Positions 40,483 to 52,190 of a stretch of 64,000 nt of DNA are shown piece by piece. This DNA comes from Microbotryum violaceum. Taxonomy: Eukaryota. The translations under genes and the position numbers were made by a program. The notes under the pieces are model-generated. The model worked only from the letters and a program-made list of their open reading frames with translations, was not told the DNA's origin and did no database searches. The stretch is from positions 1,488,001 through 1,552,000 of the forward strand of contig CDLV01000004.1 of NCBI GenBank assembly GCA_001244265.2. The letters run 5' to 3'. How positions within the stretch are numbered: position 1 is the stretch's first letter; every line of letters starts with the position of its first letter.

Positions 40483-43129
40483 TTACAGAGACACTAGGCG
40501 ACCCTTGGACTCCTGGATAGAGGCTCGAAGCCCCTCGAACTCCGTTTTGGTGATTGGTTCCAAAAGATCCGACGAGAATTGACGACGGCGACAGAGCTTC
40601 CAGATCGAGTGAAAGAAGAGGACTCGTAGTTCGACAAGTTGGCGTTCCGAGCAAAACACGGCCGGGCATACAAAGTCCACAAAGACTGGGTGGGGGTTGG
40701 GGACAGAGCAGACCAGAGGCGCCGGGCAAATGGGCAGCCGACCGCGAGGTGAACCAGGCACTTGGGTGCTTCCGAGAGGCACATCACACAGGAGGTAGAT
40801 CGATTGTTGGGATGTGGGCTGGTTGGGGAGGCGACTTGGCTTCCCGGATGGAGGGACCCCAGGGAGAGAAGGTGGCCGGTATCCTCGGCATCCGAGTGAA
40901 CCCGGCGAACCTTGCGCAAAGTGTTCCACCAAGCGTTCCAGCGTTGCTCAGGCAGATCAAATACCTTCTGGCGTCCCTTGGGGGAGATAGGAGGGAAGAT
41001 GAAGACTTGGTGGTGTTTGGACGCGTTCACAAACGAAGACGGGGTCATCACCTCACCATCGGGCCCTCGAAAAAGCGTCGGGTTGACCGAGAGTCGTATT
41101 CTGTGGCCCGCTGGGAAGTAGAGTACGTGCGTCGCCATTGCTCGAAGTTCCGGCTCTTGGAGAGTTCCGGGGGATTGAGCGTGGTCACCGAAGCCCAGGC
41201 TTCGAAGTATCGGACCCAACGAGCAGGAAGAAGTTTTGTCGTTTTTCTCACCGCATGGTCCCACTTTGGGGGAGGATGGCAAAAGTAAGCCCACCAGATC
41301 CAGATCCAAGGGCGACGATGCTGGTTGGGGGCCGGTCTGGACAAGGTGAAAGGGGTTGGTTCGTTCGGTGCCTGGAGGCGGATGCGGATGTCGAAGAGGT
41401 GGCGTGTGAAGCAGCCGTCCGGGGCCCGGAGCTGGAAGACCCACTTCGCGTGATCAATCGCTAGACGTCGAGGCAGATCAATCAAGCCGAAGCCGCCGTG
41501 ATCAAGAGGGGTGCAGAGGCGCGACCGGGAGACCTTCGGACGTCGCTGAGTACCATCCGAAGCTCGACCGTGAATGGCGAGCATGGCGGCCTCCTCGATC
41601 TCCTTGACAACGCTCTTGGGGGCGGGAAGGAATCGGCTGTAGTACAAGATCTTTGTGTAGCAGTAGATGTTGATGATCGAACACTTGGCTGCATATGGGA
41701 GATTGTACATCGGAATCGAGCGTATCCGAGCGATGGTCGAGGCCTTGACATCTTCCCAGCCCGCATCCTCGGCGATCTCCACCCCGACCTGAATACCAAG
41801 GTAGCGAAACTGCGAATCGCTGAGACGCCAGGTCCCGAGATCTGGGGCGCTCGACCGATCCCGAAAATCTCCAAGGGGTAGAGGAAGGATTTGACGTTGC
41901 TGAGCTTGCTGGCACTTGCCCGTTCGTAAAGCTCGATCGCCCGATTGAGGTGTTCGAGGTCCGAGAGGTTGTGGAGTGCGCAGCAAGCGTCGTCGGCAAA
42001 AAGGAGTTCGCGAACGTTTTGGAGTGCGCAGAAAGCGTGGTCGGCAAAGAGGAGTTTTCGAATGTTTTGGAGGCCCGCAATATCGATGCCCTTGACTCTC
42101 AATCGAATCTGACAGGCAAAACCTTCGATCGCCAGAACGAAGAAAGATGGAGCAAGAGGATCACCTTGCCGAACGCCCGACAGGATGTCGAAAGCGGCAC
42201 AGAGCAAACCGTTGAGGAAGATCGAGGCGGATTGGTTGGTGTAGGTCGCTCGTACCATTGGCGGGCTTTGGGGCCGAGGCCAACGGCGCAGAGGACTGCA
42301 TCAAGGTACGGGTGGGAAAGACGATCGTAAGCCTTTTCAAAGTCCATCACCGCTAGCATGCCAGACACGGGTGTTAAGCCCGGAAGTCCAGGGTCCATGA
42401 GACATTGGACCTCAGCGATGTTCGTGCCGATCCAACGGTTCGGAACAAAGCCACGTTGGGTTGGGCCGATCAGGGACTCGAGCAAGGGAGCGAGGCGCTG
42501 GTTGTGGGCTTGCGAGATGATGCGCTCGTCCGCATTGATGAGCAATATGGGGCGTTTGTTCGAAAGCTGATCCCTCTCGCCGCGTTTGTGGATGAGATGA
42601 ATGTGGGCAGTGTTGCGGGGAAGAGGTCCAGGCTGACGGGCCTCGGTGGGGATCGAGTTGATGACGTCTCGAAGAATCGGGCCAGTGGCCGGCCACGTAG
42701 CGCGATAAAACTCAACCGGGAGGCCGTCAGGCCCTGGCGAAGAGTTCGACTTACACGCCGCTTGAGCCTTTGTCATCTCCTCCAACGGGTACGCTTCCTC
42801 GAGCTTGAGTGAGTCCGCGGGGAGAGGCGAGTTGAAGCGAGGCCGTCGATGATTGCCTTCAGGGCCGCGTCATCGATGGGGCGGTCTTCATAGACCCGCT
42901 CGAAGTAGTCGCTGGCCGCTCCAAGCATCGAATCAGGGTCGGAATGAACAACATGGTTGACCGTGAGCGAAGGGATCAGGTCGGATGCTCGCACTTTGCG
43001 CAGGCGGATGAAGATGGAAGAGGGACCCGCCAGAGATGGGTTGAGGCGGGACTGCAGGGCCGTGCCGTAGCGCGAGTGGTCAGCCCTCTCTTGCTCCGAC
43101 CCGCCACGACGGAACCGAGCGAAAGTCCG
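40483..43129 (-). pseudogene. LINE ORF2, reverse transcriptase part (frameshifted)
   Basis: SPGPDGLPVEFY, RPILLIN, DFEKAYD, GVRQGDPL, LLFADD, RYLG, GGFGL and CVMC..HL..C motifs. Confidence 0.92.
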
Positions 43130-46100
43130 TGTAAGGCGCGCGCCTTACTACGGGCCACAGGTATTAGAAATAGTGATCGCGCGCACCTAGCTTCTTCAGT
43201 TCCCTCCCCATCGGGCTGACACCAGAAGCTAGGCGAGTACTGGTGTTCCATATCTCAGCACTCTCGTATATCGGGCTGACACCAGAAGCTAGTTGCAATC
43301 CATATAACTTGCACCTGTCAGCTAGGTCGCCAGTGAGGCTCGAGAGCGATCTCGTGCCTTTCACTTTTTTTTTGACAACGTCGAGTTCATTGGTACCCCG
43401 ACGATACGGCCTACGTTCATCAGGCCCGGCCGTAGTCGAACCATCGAACCCATCGACTAGCCCAGATCGGTCGAGGCAAGCCGATCCCACAACCATAGCA
43501 CGCAGACTCCCAGCTCCAGCACAGCCCAGCCCAGCACTGCCCAGCACGCCCAGCACGCCCAGCAACCCCAGCACGCCCACACACGCACCGCCTTCGCACG
43601 CCTCACCAGCCGACATCGCACTGTCCCGCGCACCATGCCCACGCCCACCGCCCCCAGCCACAGCCCCACGTATAAACCCAATGACCCTCCCCAACTCCAT
43701 AGCACCTCAATGGAGGCCTTGCGCGAATACTTCATGCGCCTGGACTTCTACAACCGTCGCATCGCCCGTACACCCATCACGAGCAACTACGATAAGATCA
43801 AGGGGGCCGGTATGGGGTTGCAGGTCTTTGTGCTCAAGACCTGGTTCACCCAGGGCCTGAGCAAGCACCTTGCAAAGTCATACGCTCAGTCCAAGTCGGA
43901 ACTGATTCGCCGGGCTGTACCAGTGGACTTTGTCTGGACCCAGCTCACCAAACTCCACCGTCTACGCCAAGCCCCAGGTCACGACATCGACGCCTTTCAG
44001 GAATCTCTGATCAGATGCGCTCACTGCAAATGGAGATTGGCTTCTAGGTCGTCTCCAACCAAGAAGTGGCCAAGCTGGTTCTCCTGGGCACCAATCCGGA
44101 ACTCTGCCGGATCCTCCGCACCCACATGGTCTCGTCGCTGGCTGGCTGGTCGGACCTCTTGCTCGAGAAGCTTGCCCTCGACGCTCTGGTGGTCCCTACC
44201 AGTCCGGAGGCCGCTGAGGTTTTTAGTGACGCACACACGGACCAACCTCTCAAGTTTGATTACCAAGTCTTTGAGAGGATTGGTCGCGAGGAATGGAGCG
44301 TCATTGCGCAGCGACGCCAAGCCATTGCGACCCAGGTCAGTGCGCTACAACAGCGCCCCACGTACTCGCGACCCGCTGCAGCCTCGGCTGCACCCCACAT
44401 TGCGACAGCTGCTACCGGCCATTCCCCAATCACGGGTGGCCCCCGCCGCGTTGCCCGACTCACCGTTGACGAGCGCGCATACCTGGACCAGAGCCACGGA
44501 TGCTATTGCTGCCGCACTCTCAACGCTGACCACATCTTGCGCAACTGCCCCCGCTACTTGTCACCCATGGGAGCGTCCGCCACACCGTTGATGCCAACGT
44601 CGACCGCTCCTGCGCCTCGCCCCGGGCCCCATATGGTGGCGGCCATTCGGACCTTCCAAGAAACTGGCGATTCAACCGTGTTCGCCGGCCTCAGCAGCGA
44701 CTCGGAGGACGACAACAATCCTTTGTACGCACCGCATCCCTTTCCCCCCTTACCCGTCTCCCTAGCTGGCGCTCATGGTACTCTCCTTGCCTCCACCCTA
44801 GTCAATTCGGGATTGCCTCAAACATTTCTCAGTGAGGAGCTTGTTCAGCGACGGGGTTTGGAACGGCGCGCCCTGGAACAGCATTCAAAGTACACCCTTG
44901 CAATGCAAAACCAAGCCCCCACTGTCTTCACCTGCACGCACTTTGTTCGAGTCCTGCTCGAGCTGGCCAATGGGCTCTGGGCTGCAGGACCAACGTACGC
45001 CGAGGTAGCGCCCCTTGGGAAGGACCTTGCAATCATCTTGGGAGGCAACTTCATCTATCGGCACAAGATGGAGCTCGGCCTCTTCCCTCAGCCACACCTC
45101 ACCTGCAAAGCCAACCCCATACACGCTATAGACCTGCTGGCGCTGTCGTCCCAGCCGTGCGCTGCCGCGCGGGTTGCCGCAATTGCTCCGGTTTCTGACG
45201 ACGAGAAGCAGCTCCGCCTTGCCGCGCTTGACCATCGCCTCCGAGCGGACTTTGCCAACCGTTTTCCTGCGGATATCCCGCCTGTACACTCGTACCAATC
45301 CCCGGTGCAACACTGTATTGAGCTTGACACTCTGTCCACTGTTGTCAACCTTCGAGGATACCCCATCCCAAAGAAGTATTGCAAGGCATGGTACTTACTA
45401 CTACAGGAACATTTTGCAGCCGGTCGCTTCTGCCCCTCTTGGTTGGCATACTCGTCACCCTCGTTTTTCATCCCAAAGAAGGGCTGCAACGTGGATCCCA
45501 CGATCGCCCCGCGCTGGGTGAACGACTACTGCGAGCTCAACAAGCACACCATCAAAGACCTCACGCCTCTGCCCTTGCCGGACAACGTTCTCTCAACGTG
45601 CTCCAATGCGCAATTCTGGGCCAAGATTGACATGACCAACTCCTTCTTTCAGACCAAGTTGGCGGAGGAAGACATCCATAAGACGGCCGTGTCCACACCT
45701 TGGGGTTTGTACGAATGGACCGTCATGCCCATGGGCCTCTGCAATGCCCCTGCCACCCACCAACGACGTGTCAACAAGGCACTCCAAGGCCTGCTTGGCA
45801 CCATCTGCTTTGTCTACCTCGACGACATCACCATCTTTGCGGACACACTGGAGGAGCACGAGGCCCGTGTTTGCCAAGTCCTGGAAGCGCTGCGCCGTGC
45901 CGAACTCTACTGCTCGCCAACCAAAACCAACCTTGCCACTGCGGAGTGTTCGTTCCTTGGCCACATCATCAACCGCGCCGGCGTGCATGCTGATCCCAAG
46001 AAGATCCAGCGCATAGAAGACTGGGCACTACCCAAGATGGTCAAGGAACTCAGGGGTTTCCTCGGGCTGGTGCAGTATCTTCCGCAAGTTCATCCCTGGC

Positions 46101-47348
46101 CTCGCTGAGCACACCGCCACACTGACTCCCTTGACACGCCAAGGACTCTCATCTATTGCCACACTCTGGACACCCAACGAGGTCCGCCACTTCAAAGCCA
46201 TCAAGGCCATCGTCACCTCACTCGACTGCCTTCGGCCGCCCAACCACTCCGCCAATGCCGCTCCGTTCTGGGTGATGACTGATGCAAGCAATCAGGGAAT
46301 TGGTGGTGTCCTACTCCAGGGTCAGGAGTGGAAGATGGCGCGCCCCATTGCGTACTGGTCCAGGCAATACATACCCGCTGAACGCAACTACCCCACACAC
46401 GAGCAGGAACTCCTTACCATTGTTGAAGCACTCAAGGAATGGCGCATTGACTTGCTTGGCGGCCACTTCCACATCCTCACTGTTCACTCCACACTCGAGC
46501 ACTTCCAGACCCAGCGCACCGTTCTCTCTTGCCGACAAGCCCGTTGGCTGGACACCCTGGCCGAATTTGATTACAACCTTCGATACCTGCCCGGCGAGGA
46601 CAACATTGTAGCCAACACCATGAGTCGATACTCTTTCACCGACCCACTGCCCACCCTAGTGGCCGCTGTCTCCCGCGTCAAGCTTTTGGATGCTGTCAAG
46701 CAGCAGATCCTTGACGCGTACAAGACCGACCCATTCTGCCAGCAAGCCATGTCTAACATTGGCTCGGTCACATCGGACTTCAAGATTGTTGATGCATTGC
46801 TGTATTTACGGGGCCAGCTTATCATTCCATCACTAGCCCCACTCCGTGAGTCAATCCTTCACGATGCTCATGATGCGCAGGGGCACCTAGGTGATATGAA
46901 AACGTACCGAACCGTTCAGCAGGCATACTTCTGGCCCAACATGTCCTGGGATGTCAAGCACTACGTCCAACAATGTGATTCTTGTCAGCGGACCAAGGCT
47001 TGTACCACTCGCATTGCTGGCAAACTCCACTCGCTCCCTGTCCCGACGCGACCCATGGCCGACATTGCCATCGATTTTATTGGACCGCTGCCCGCCAACA
47101 AAGGCTTTGACCGCGTGTTGATAATCATCGACCGCCTGTCGGGATACGTCCATTTGCTCCCTGCCTGCAAAGCTGACACCGCAGCGGAAGTTGCCGCGCG
47201 CTTCCATGAAGGATGGCACCGCTTTTTTGGCCTCCCTCAAAGCATTGTCTCGGACCGGGACAAGCTGTTCACAAGCAAGTTCTGGACTGCCCTGCACAAG
47301 CGCCTGAATATCAAGCTCCAGCTCTCTTCAGCGTTTCACCCGGAGACC

Positions 47349-47689
47349 AGTACTACAATGAAGATCACAATCAAGTGAGCCGATACTTTATCTAGCACCT
47401 GATCGCTTATTATCAAGTAAAGGTAAAGATTGTAGTAAGCTATAACACTCTAACAATGCCTCAATTGCTTCCATTTTATTTTATTAATCAATTATCATTC
47501 ACATTCTTAGTACTAACAACTATGATTTACCTATTTGGTACATATATCTTACCAGTTTTTACTGAATTGTTTGTTACACAAATGTACATTACTAAATTAT
47601 AGTTTTTCTTTTCTTTAGTTTTTTGTCTCTGTTTAGTTTTATTTTTATTTCGAAATAAAAACAGCCCTTTTTTGTCTGTTTTTATTTTA
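47349..47689 (+). other. NUMT: about 340 bp of AT-rich mitochondrial-derived DNA inside the Gypsy integrase
   Basis: An abrupt AT-rich block splits the IN motif FHPET|(DG)RSEKTNK and contains atp8. Confidence 0.92.
47456..47602 (+). pseudogene. atp8: Complete mitochondrial ATP synthase subunit 8 ORF (nuclear copy)
   Basis: 48 aa [48 protein letters not shown], with the MPQL.PFYF.NQ signature. Confidence 0.95.
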
Positions 47690-48033
47690 GTCGCAGCGAG
47701 AAAACGAACAAGACTGCCTTCCAGATTCTTTGAGCGCTCGTCAACAAGGAGCAATCCAACTGGGCGGAGTGCCTTGCTGTCTGTGAGTATGCCATCAACT
47801 CGTCTCTCAATGTCGCTACCAGGAAAACCCCCTTCGAGCTCATGCTTGGCTACACGCCCTCCCCCGCCCCGCTTGCCCGTGTCGACGGTGATGACAACTT
47901 GCCGTCCGTTGAGGAGTTGCTTGCGCTTCGATTCCAAGCCTGCGAAGACGCCTGGGACCAGCTCGCCATTTCCAAGGTTCTGCAGGCAGCACAGTCCAAC
48001 AAGAAGCGCCAGGATGAACCCTCTTGGGCCTTT

Positions 48034-48234
48034 TGAAAGGCACGAGATTGCTCTCGAGCCTCACTGGTTCCGATTCCAAACCGAAAGGATCAAACGGTGT
48101 AATTTGCAGGCAAAGAAAGACTACTAAAAGGACTAAGGTCAAGAGACGCGGCGGCGCCGCGCGCAAGGGCAAGCGTGAGGCCGCAGAGGTCGGCTCGAGG
48201 TCGTCGTGAGGCGTAAGCGGAGCGGCACCTTACA
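48034..48234 (-). mobile_element. Solo LTR (201 bp) of a related Gypsy family inserted antisense in the integrase
   Basis: Minus strand TGTAAGG...CCTTTCA; the last 34 bp match the host LTR 3' end. Flanks are CCTTT/CCGTT, a TSD with one mismatch. Confidence 0.8.
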
Positions 48235-48897
48235 CCGTTGGGGATCTTGTTCTTCTCGACTCAAGTGATCGCCGAAAACGGCTCCACACCCGCAAGCGCC
48301 GCGCAGCCAAGCTCATGGACCGCTTTGACGGTCCCTATCGCATTGTCAAGGCCCAACCGGAAATCTCGTCCTACACCCTGCAACTGAACGGGGATGATGC
48401 AGCGGTACCATTCTTTCACACAGGCAAGCTCAAGGCCTACTGCAAGAACGACACAGCCCTGTTCCCCAACCGTGAACCTGCAAGACTGGGCCCAGTGGAT
48501 GTAGGTGGTGAGCCGGAGTAAATCATTGAAGACATTGTCGACGAGAGGATCCGTGCTGGCAAGCAGCAATACCTCGTCTCGTGGCTCTTGTGGCCGTCAG
48601 ACAGCAATTCATGGGAGCCTGCCAAGGCACTGGAGGATCCGGAGGCATTGGATAGGTGGGAGCGTCGGAACAAGGAGTAGGATTTTTGACCGGAGGAGGG
48701 GATTTGTTTCAAGGCGGGGAGAGTGTAAGGCGCACGCCTTACTACGGGCCACAGGTATTAGAAATAGAGATCGCGCGCACCTAGCTTCTTCAGTTCCCTC
48801 CCCATCGGGCTGACACCAGAAGCTAGTTGCAATCCATATAACTTGCACCTGTCAGCTAGGTCGCCAGTGAGGCTTGAGAGCAATCTCGTGCCTTTCA

Positions 48898-49872
48898 GTC
48901 CGGGCCAGAGCCTGCAGCTTGGGCAGCAGGCGGTGTTTGGTGGACGTCCAAGCTGCTGTTGGATTGTTGGGCATCTGGAGGAGGGCTTTGTTGTAAAGGG
49001 TGCGGACAATGGAGGTGAGGTACTCGCAGGTCGCGTCACCCTCGATCACATGCAAACCCAGCTTGAATTTGCCCGGACCGATGTCAATTGCGCCCGGCAC
49101 TTGGAACCATGCCACAACCATTGAGTGCGTCGATTTGAGGACAGGAGCCCAAATTTTGTGATCATGGAAGAAGTTGACCCAATCAGGCAAGACATAGATG
49201 TGTTCAAGGCGACGGCACGTGCCGGGTGCTGAGTGATTCATTGTGGCTTGTCCTTTGGGATGATGGAGCCGATAGGTGTCAAAAAGATTGTTGGCCGTGG
49301 CAAGGTCGCGCATCTCCTGACCCCCATAATTCGTTCCGTTTTGGTTCTCCGAATCGAGGGGCTGGGACTCAACACAATTCCAGTCCCCCCCGACTAGGAG
49401 CGCAGGCAGCAAGGGTTCATCACATACAACTTGTTGGAGGGCGGTGCTGAGGTGTGAGAGGAAGCATTTTTTGTCTGGCTTGTCGGAGGAAGGCGCGTAT
49501 ATTGATATAACCCGGACTTTTGAATCACCCACACAAAAGGTGGCGTCGGTGACTCAGTCCGGGAAAGAGAAAGAGGCACAAAGAGTGTTTGGAGGCAACT
49601 CAGGATCAAAAGTAATGACCACGGAGTTGCTCTTCCAAAGTATGGCAGTGTTGTTGAAAGGAGTGAAAAGAGCGGAGAGCTTTAAGTCTTGGCACTCCTA
49701 AGTCCACTGGGCCACCCTTTTGGGGGAAGGTCGGCCAGTTTTGCTCAGGAGAAAGACGTCGGCGTTATGGGAGCGGAGATTGGAGAAAAGAGAAGCATGC
49801 TTACAGTCTTCATTGATTGACTGCACATTGGCAGCAACAAAAGACACATTCGGGAGTTTAGTTGTGCTCATC
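48898..49872 (-). pseudogene. LINE ORF2, APE endonuclease part
   Basis: AANVQSI, DVFLLS.T, SIYAPS, LVGGDWN, R.LEHIY and STH.MV motifs. Confidence 0.88.
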
Positions 49873-51264
49873 GTCTTGGTCCATAGCGTCTTCCACGTCC
49901 TTAGGAGGTGCTTCTTGGTCTTCGGCTTCTTTGTTGGCCTCATCGTCGGTGTCAGCGTCATTGGGTTGGGGGGCTTGGCTCGGAGGCTTTGAGGGCAGGC
50001 GCAGTGGGAGGGGCTTCACGAGTGGCTGGCTTGGAGAGGGCGGCAATCAACTTGGATCGAGTTATGATTGACTTTGGCGTGGCCGGAGGAGGGCTTGGGG
50101 ATGGAGAGGTGGTCTCTGAGCTGGGGGACTCGGAGGATTTTTCAAAGAGGGAGTAGGCAATTCCCTGATTGGAGGCAGGCTGGGGGGCAGGAGGAGTGGC
50201 AGTTTTGCAAGGGAAATTGAAGGAGAACTCGGGGCGGGCATTCTTTGACAGAGAATTGGGCTGAGCTCTGTTGGACAGATCTTCAGTCTGGGCAGCCAGA
50301 TCCTGTTCTACTCGACGTTTTTTGGTCGTGCGGTTGTAGGCAGAGGCCGGGGAGATCGACTTGGACACGGCGGCGGGGGCGGCGGTGGTAACGGTGGAGG
50401 CTTGCGGGGCACGTGACATGGGGGGTCCCTGGGGGCTCGACGCATGACAGGCCGGGCAGTGCTGGGTGGCGTGCGAGGTGCTCGCGCAGGACTTGCACGC
50501 CGGGGCGATGGGGCAATCGGGGCGACGGGGCAATCCTTACGGACGTGAGCCGCGGAACGGCAGAAGACGCAGTGGCGCATGCCACCGGTGATCCTCAGTG
50601 GGATTCGCTCAGTGACACCGTCACGAGCAATAGAAAGTGAGGCAGGGGGCAAAACATCTATATCCTTAAGGGCAAGGATAAAGTCGTACACCCCAGAGAT
50701 GTGTTTCGTCTTTCCAATGTATTGGATGCGACGACGGAGGACCGTGCCATAGGCAGCGATCTGCTCATCAAATAGGCAGAGGCCCTCGGGGTCGGAGAAA
50801 AAGCCCGTAAGGGTGCATTGTACAACACCTCCTCTAGTAGAGCTGTACAGCTTCTCGACTTTGCACAGAGTCTTGCCAACAGTGAGGCCGTTGGCCACCA
50901 GGGTGTCGAGATCAGCGGCCTTGGGAAAGCGGAGGCCGCGCTGACCCTTGATGACGCATGGCATTGCGCCGGTAAGGCCAGGGTAGCATTTGTGAAGCGC
51001 GAGGAGGACTTGCTCGACCGAGGTTGAGGGTGGGGTGTTGATGATGGCACAACTCTCGATGTTGTGCATCAGTGGATGGGCAGCGACGGCAGTCGAGACG
51101 TTGGCAGTGGTGTTGCCGTGCTTCGCAGCAGAGCGGGCGCCGACCGCGGCGGAGTATGATTTGGTGGTGGTGGCGGGGGCTTGGCCGGGAGGATCGGGAG
51201 GGTCAGGGCGAAGAGGTGGTATAGCAGCATGGCTGGCGTTGTTGGTGTTGTTGTTGTTGTCCAT
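49858..51264 (-). pseudogene. LINE ORF1 (nucleic-acid-binding, two CCHC knuckles), frameshifted
   Basis: CVFCRSAAHVRKDC and CKSCASTSHATQHC lie in different frames. Confidence 0.82.
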
Positions 51265-52190
51265 CCAATAGGAGTTTCCTTTTTCAAGTCGGCCAAATCG
51301 GCGTGCGAAATTAAGTCACCCCGAAGAGGGGGAGAGGGAAAGGAGAAAGATTTGGACTAAGAGCGTTGGCGTGCATCAACAACGGCAATTTTAAGTAAAA
51401 GGCGTAAGATTGATTTTGTGGTCGATACACCGGCGCGAAACACTGTGGTCTATACCGAATCAACAACAACGGCTCTAATTGTTCAATATTTGCAATGTAA
51501 CCTCTTGGCTGGTTGAACGAAAGGTCCGAGTGCGCACGTCTCTTGCCTCCCCCACCGCGTCGCGTCGTCTGTGCCATCATCGTCATCAACATCCTAGGCT
51601 AGGCTCTCGCTTCAGCCAACTTCGACGAGATGTATCTAGGCAATCCGGATATCGAGCTCCTTGACGATGATTTCGAGCGAATGGCACCCCTCTTGGACGT
51701 GAGGGTGTCTGAGCTTCTCGCCTTCCACTTCGACAACCCGGAGACCTAAATACAGCTTTCGTGGTCGACAGACGAGCTTCTCGAGTTTGATACTCTTCCT
51801 AGGCCGTTCGATGCTTGGAGGGACAAGTTCAAGGATCGTGGAGCAATCAATGCGGCACGAAATCAAGGTTGCCGGTCTATTGCCATCGCTGGGCACCGGC
51901 TGCCTTTCGGTGTCGAAAGGATTTGGCGGCATATAGACTACGCTAAGCGCATGCGTTCGATCGTTATCAGTAGCCAAGAGTGGACGAAAAGTTATCTGGG
52001 TGTCAACATCGAAGATCAGCCTCTCATCGTCAAGGCTCTGGAGGTGCTGCCGTCATTAATCGTTGAGGAGCAATATACTCCCTCAATGATCCTCGGGTGT
52101 AGCGCGTCCTTGCGCACGCTGCTCGATTTCGTCGGTAAGTAGCCATTTTGTTTGCTTGTTCGATCGCGTGATTGACTGGGACTATTTTTC

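Larger units (their letters stand above)
43130..48897 (+). mobile_element. Ty3/Gypsy chromovirus, full length but degenerate
   Basis: LTRs at 43130-43363 and 48724-48897 (TG...CA); TSD GTCCG at 43125-43129 and 48898-48902; gag, PR, RT (YLDD), RNaseH (TDAS), IN (HDAQGH..CDSC, DRDKLF), chromodomain (YLVSW..SWEP); purine tract before the 3' LTR. Confidence 0.96.
40301..51350 (-). mobile_element. Non-LTR retrotransposon (L1/Tx1-like LINE), near full length, split by a Gypsy insertion
   Basis: A-rich 3' tail at 40301-40321; ORF2 with APE, RT and a C-terminal Cys/His motif; ORF1 with two CCHC knuckles. The 5' boundary is approximate. Confidence 0.9.

Noticed and set aside
47350..47690. AT-rich insert as a GT-AG intron in the integrase
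   Set aside because: Splicing would not restore the integrase frame, and the block encodes atp8.
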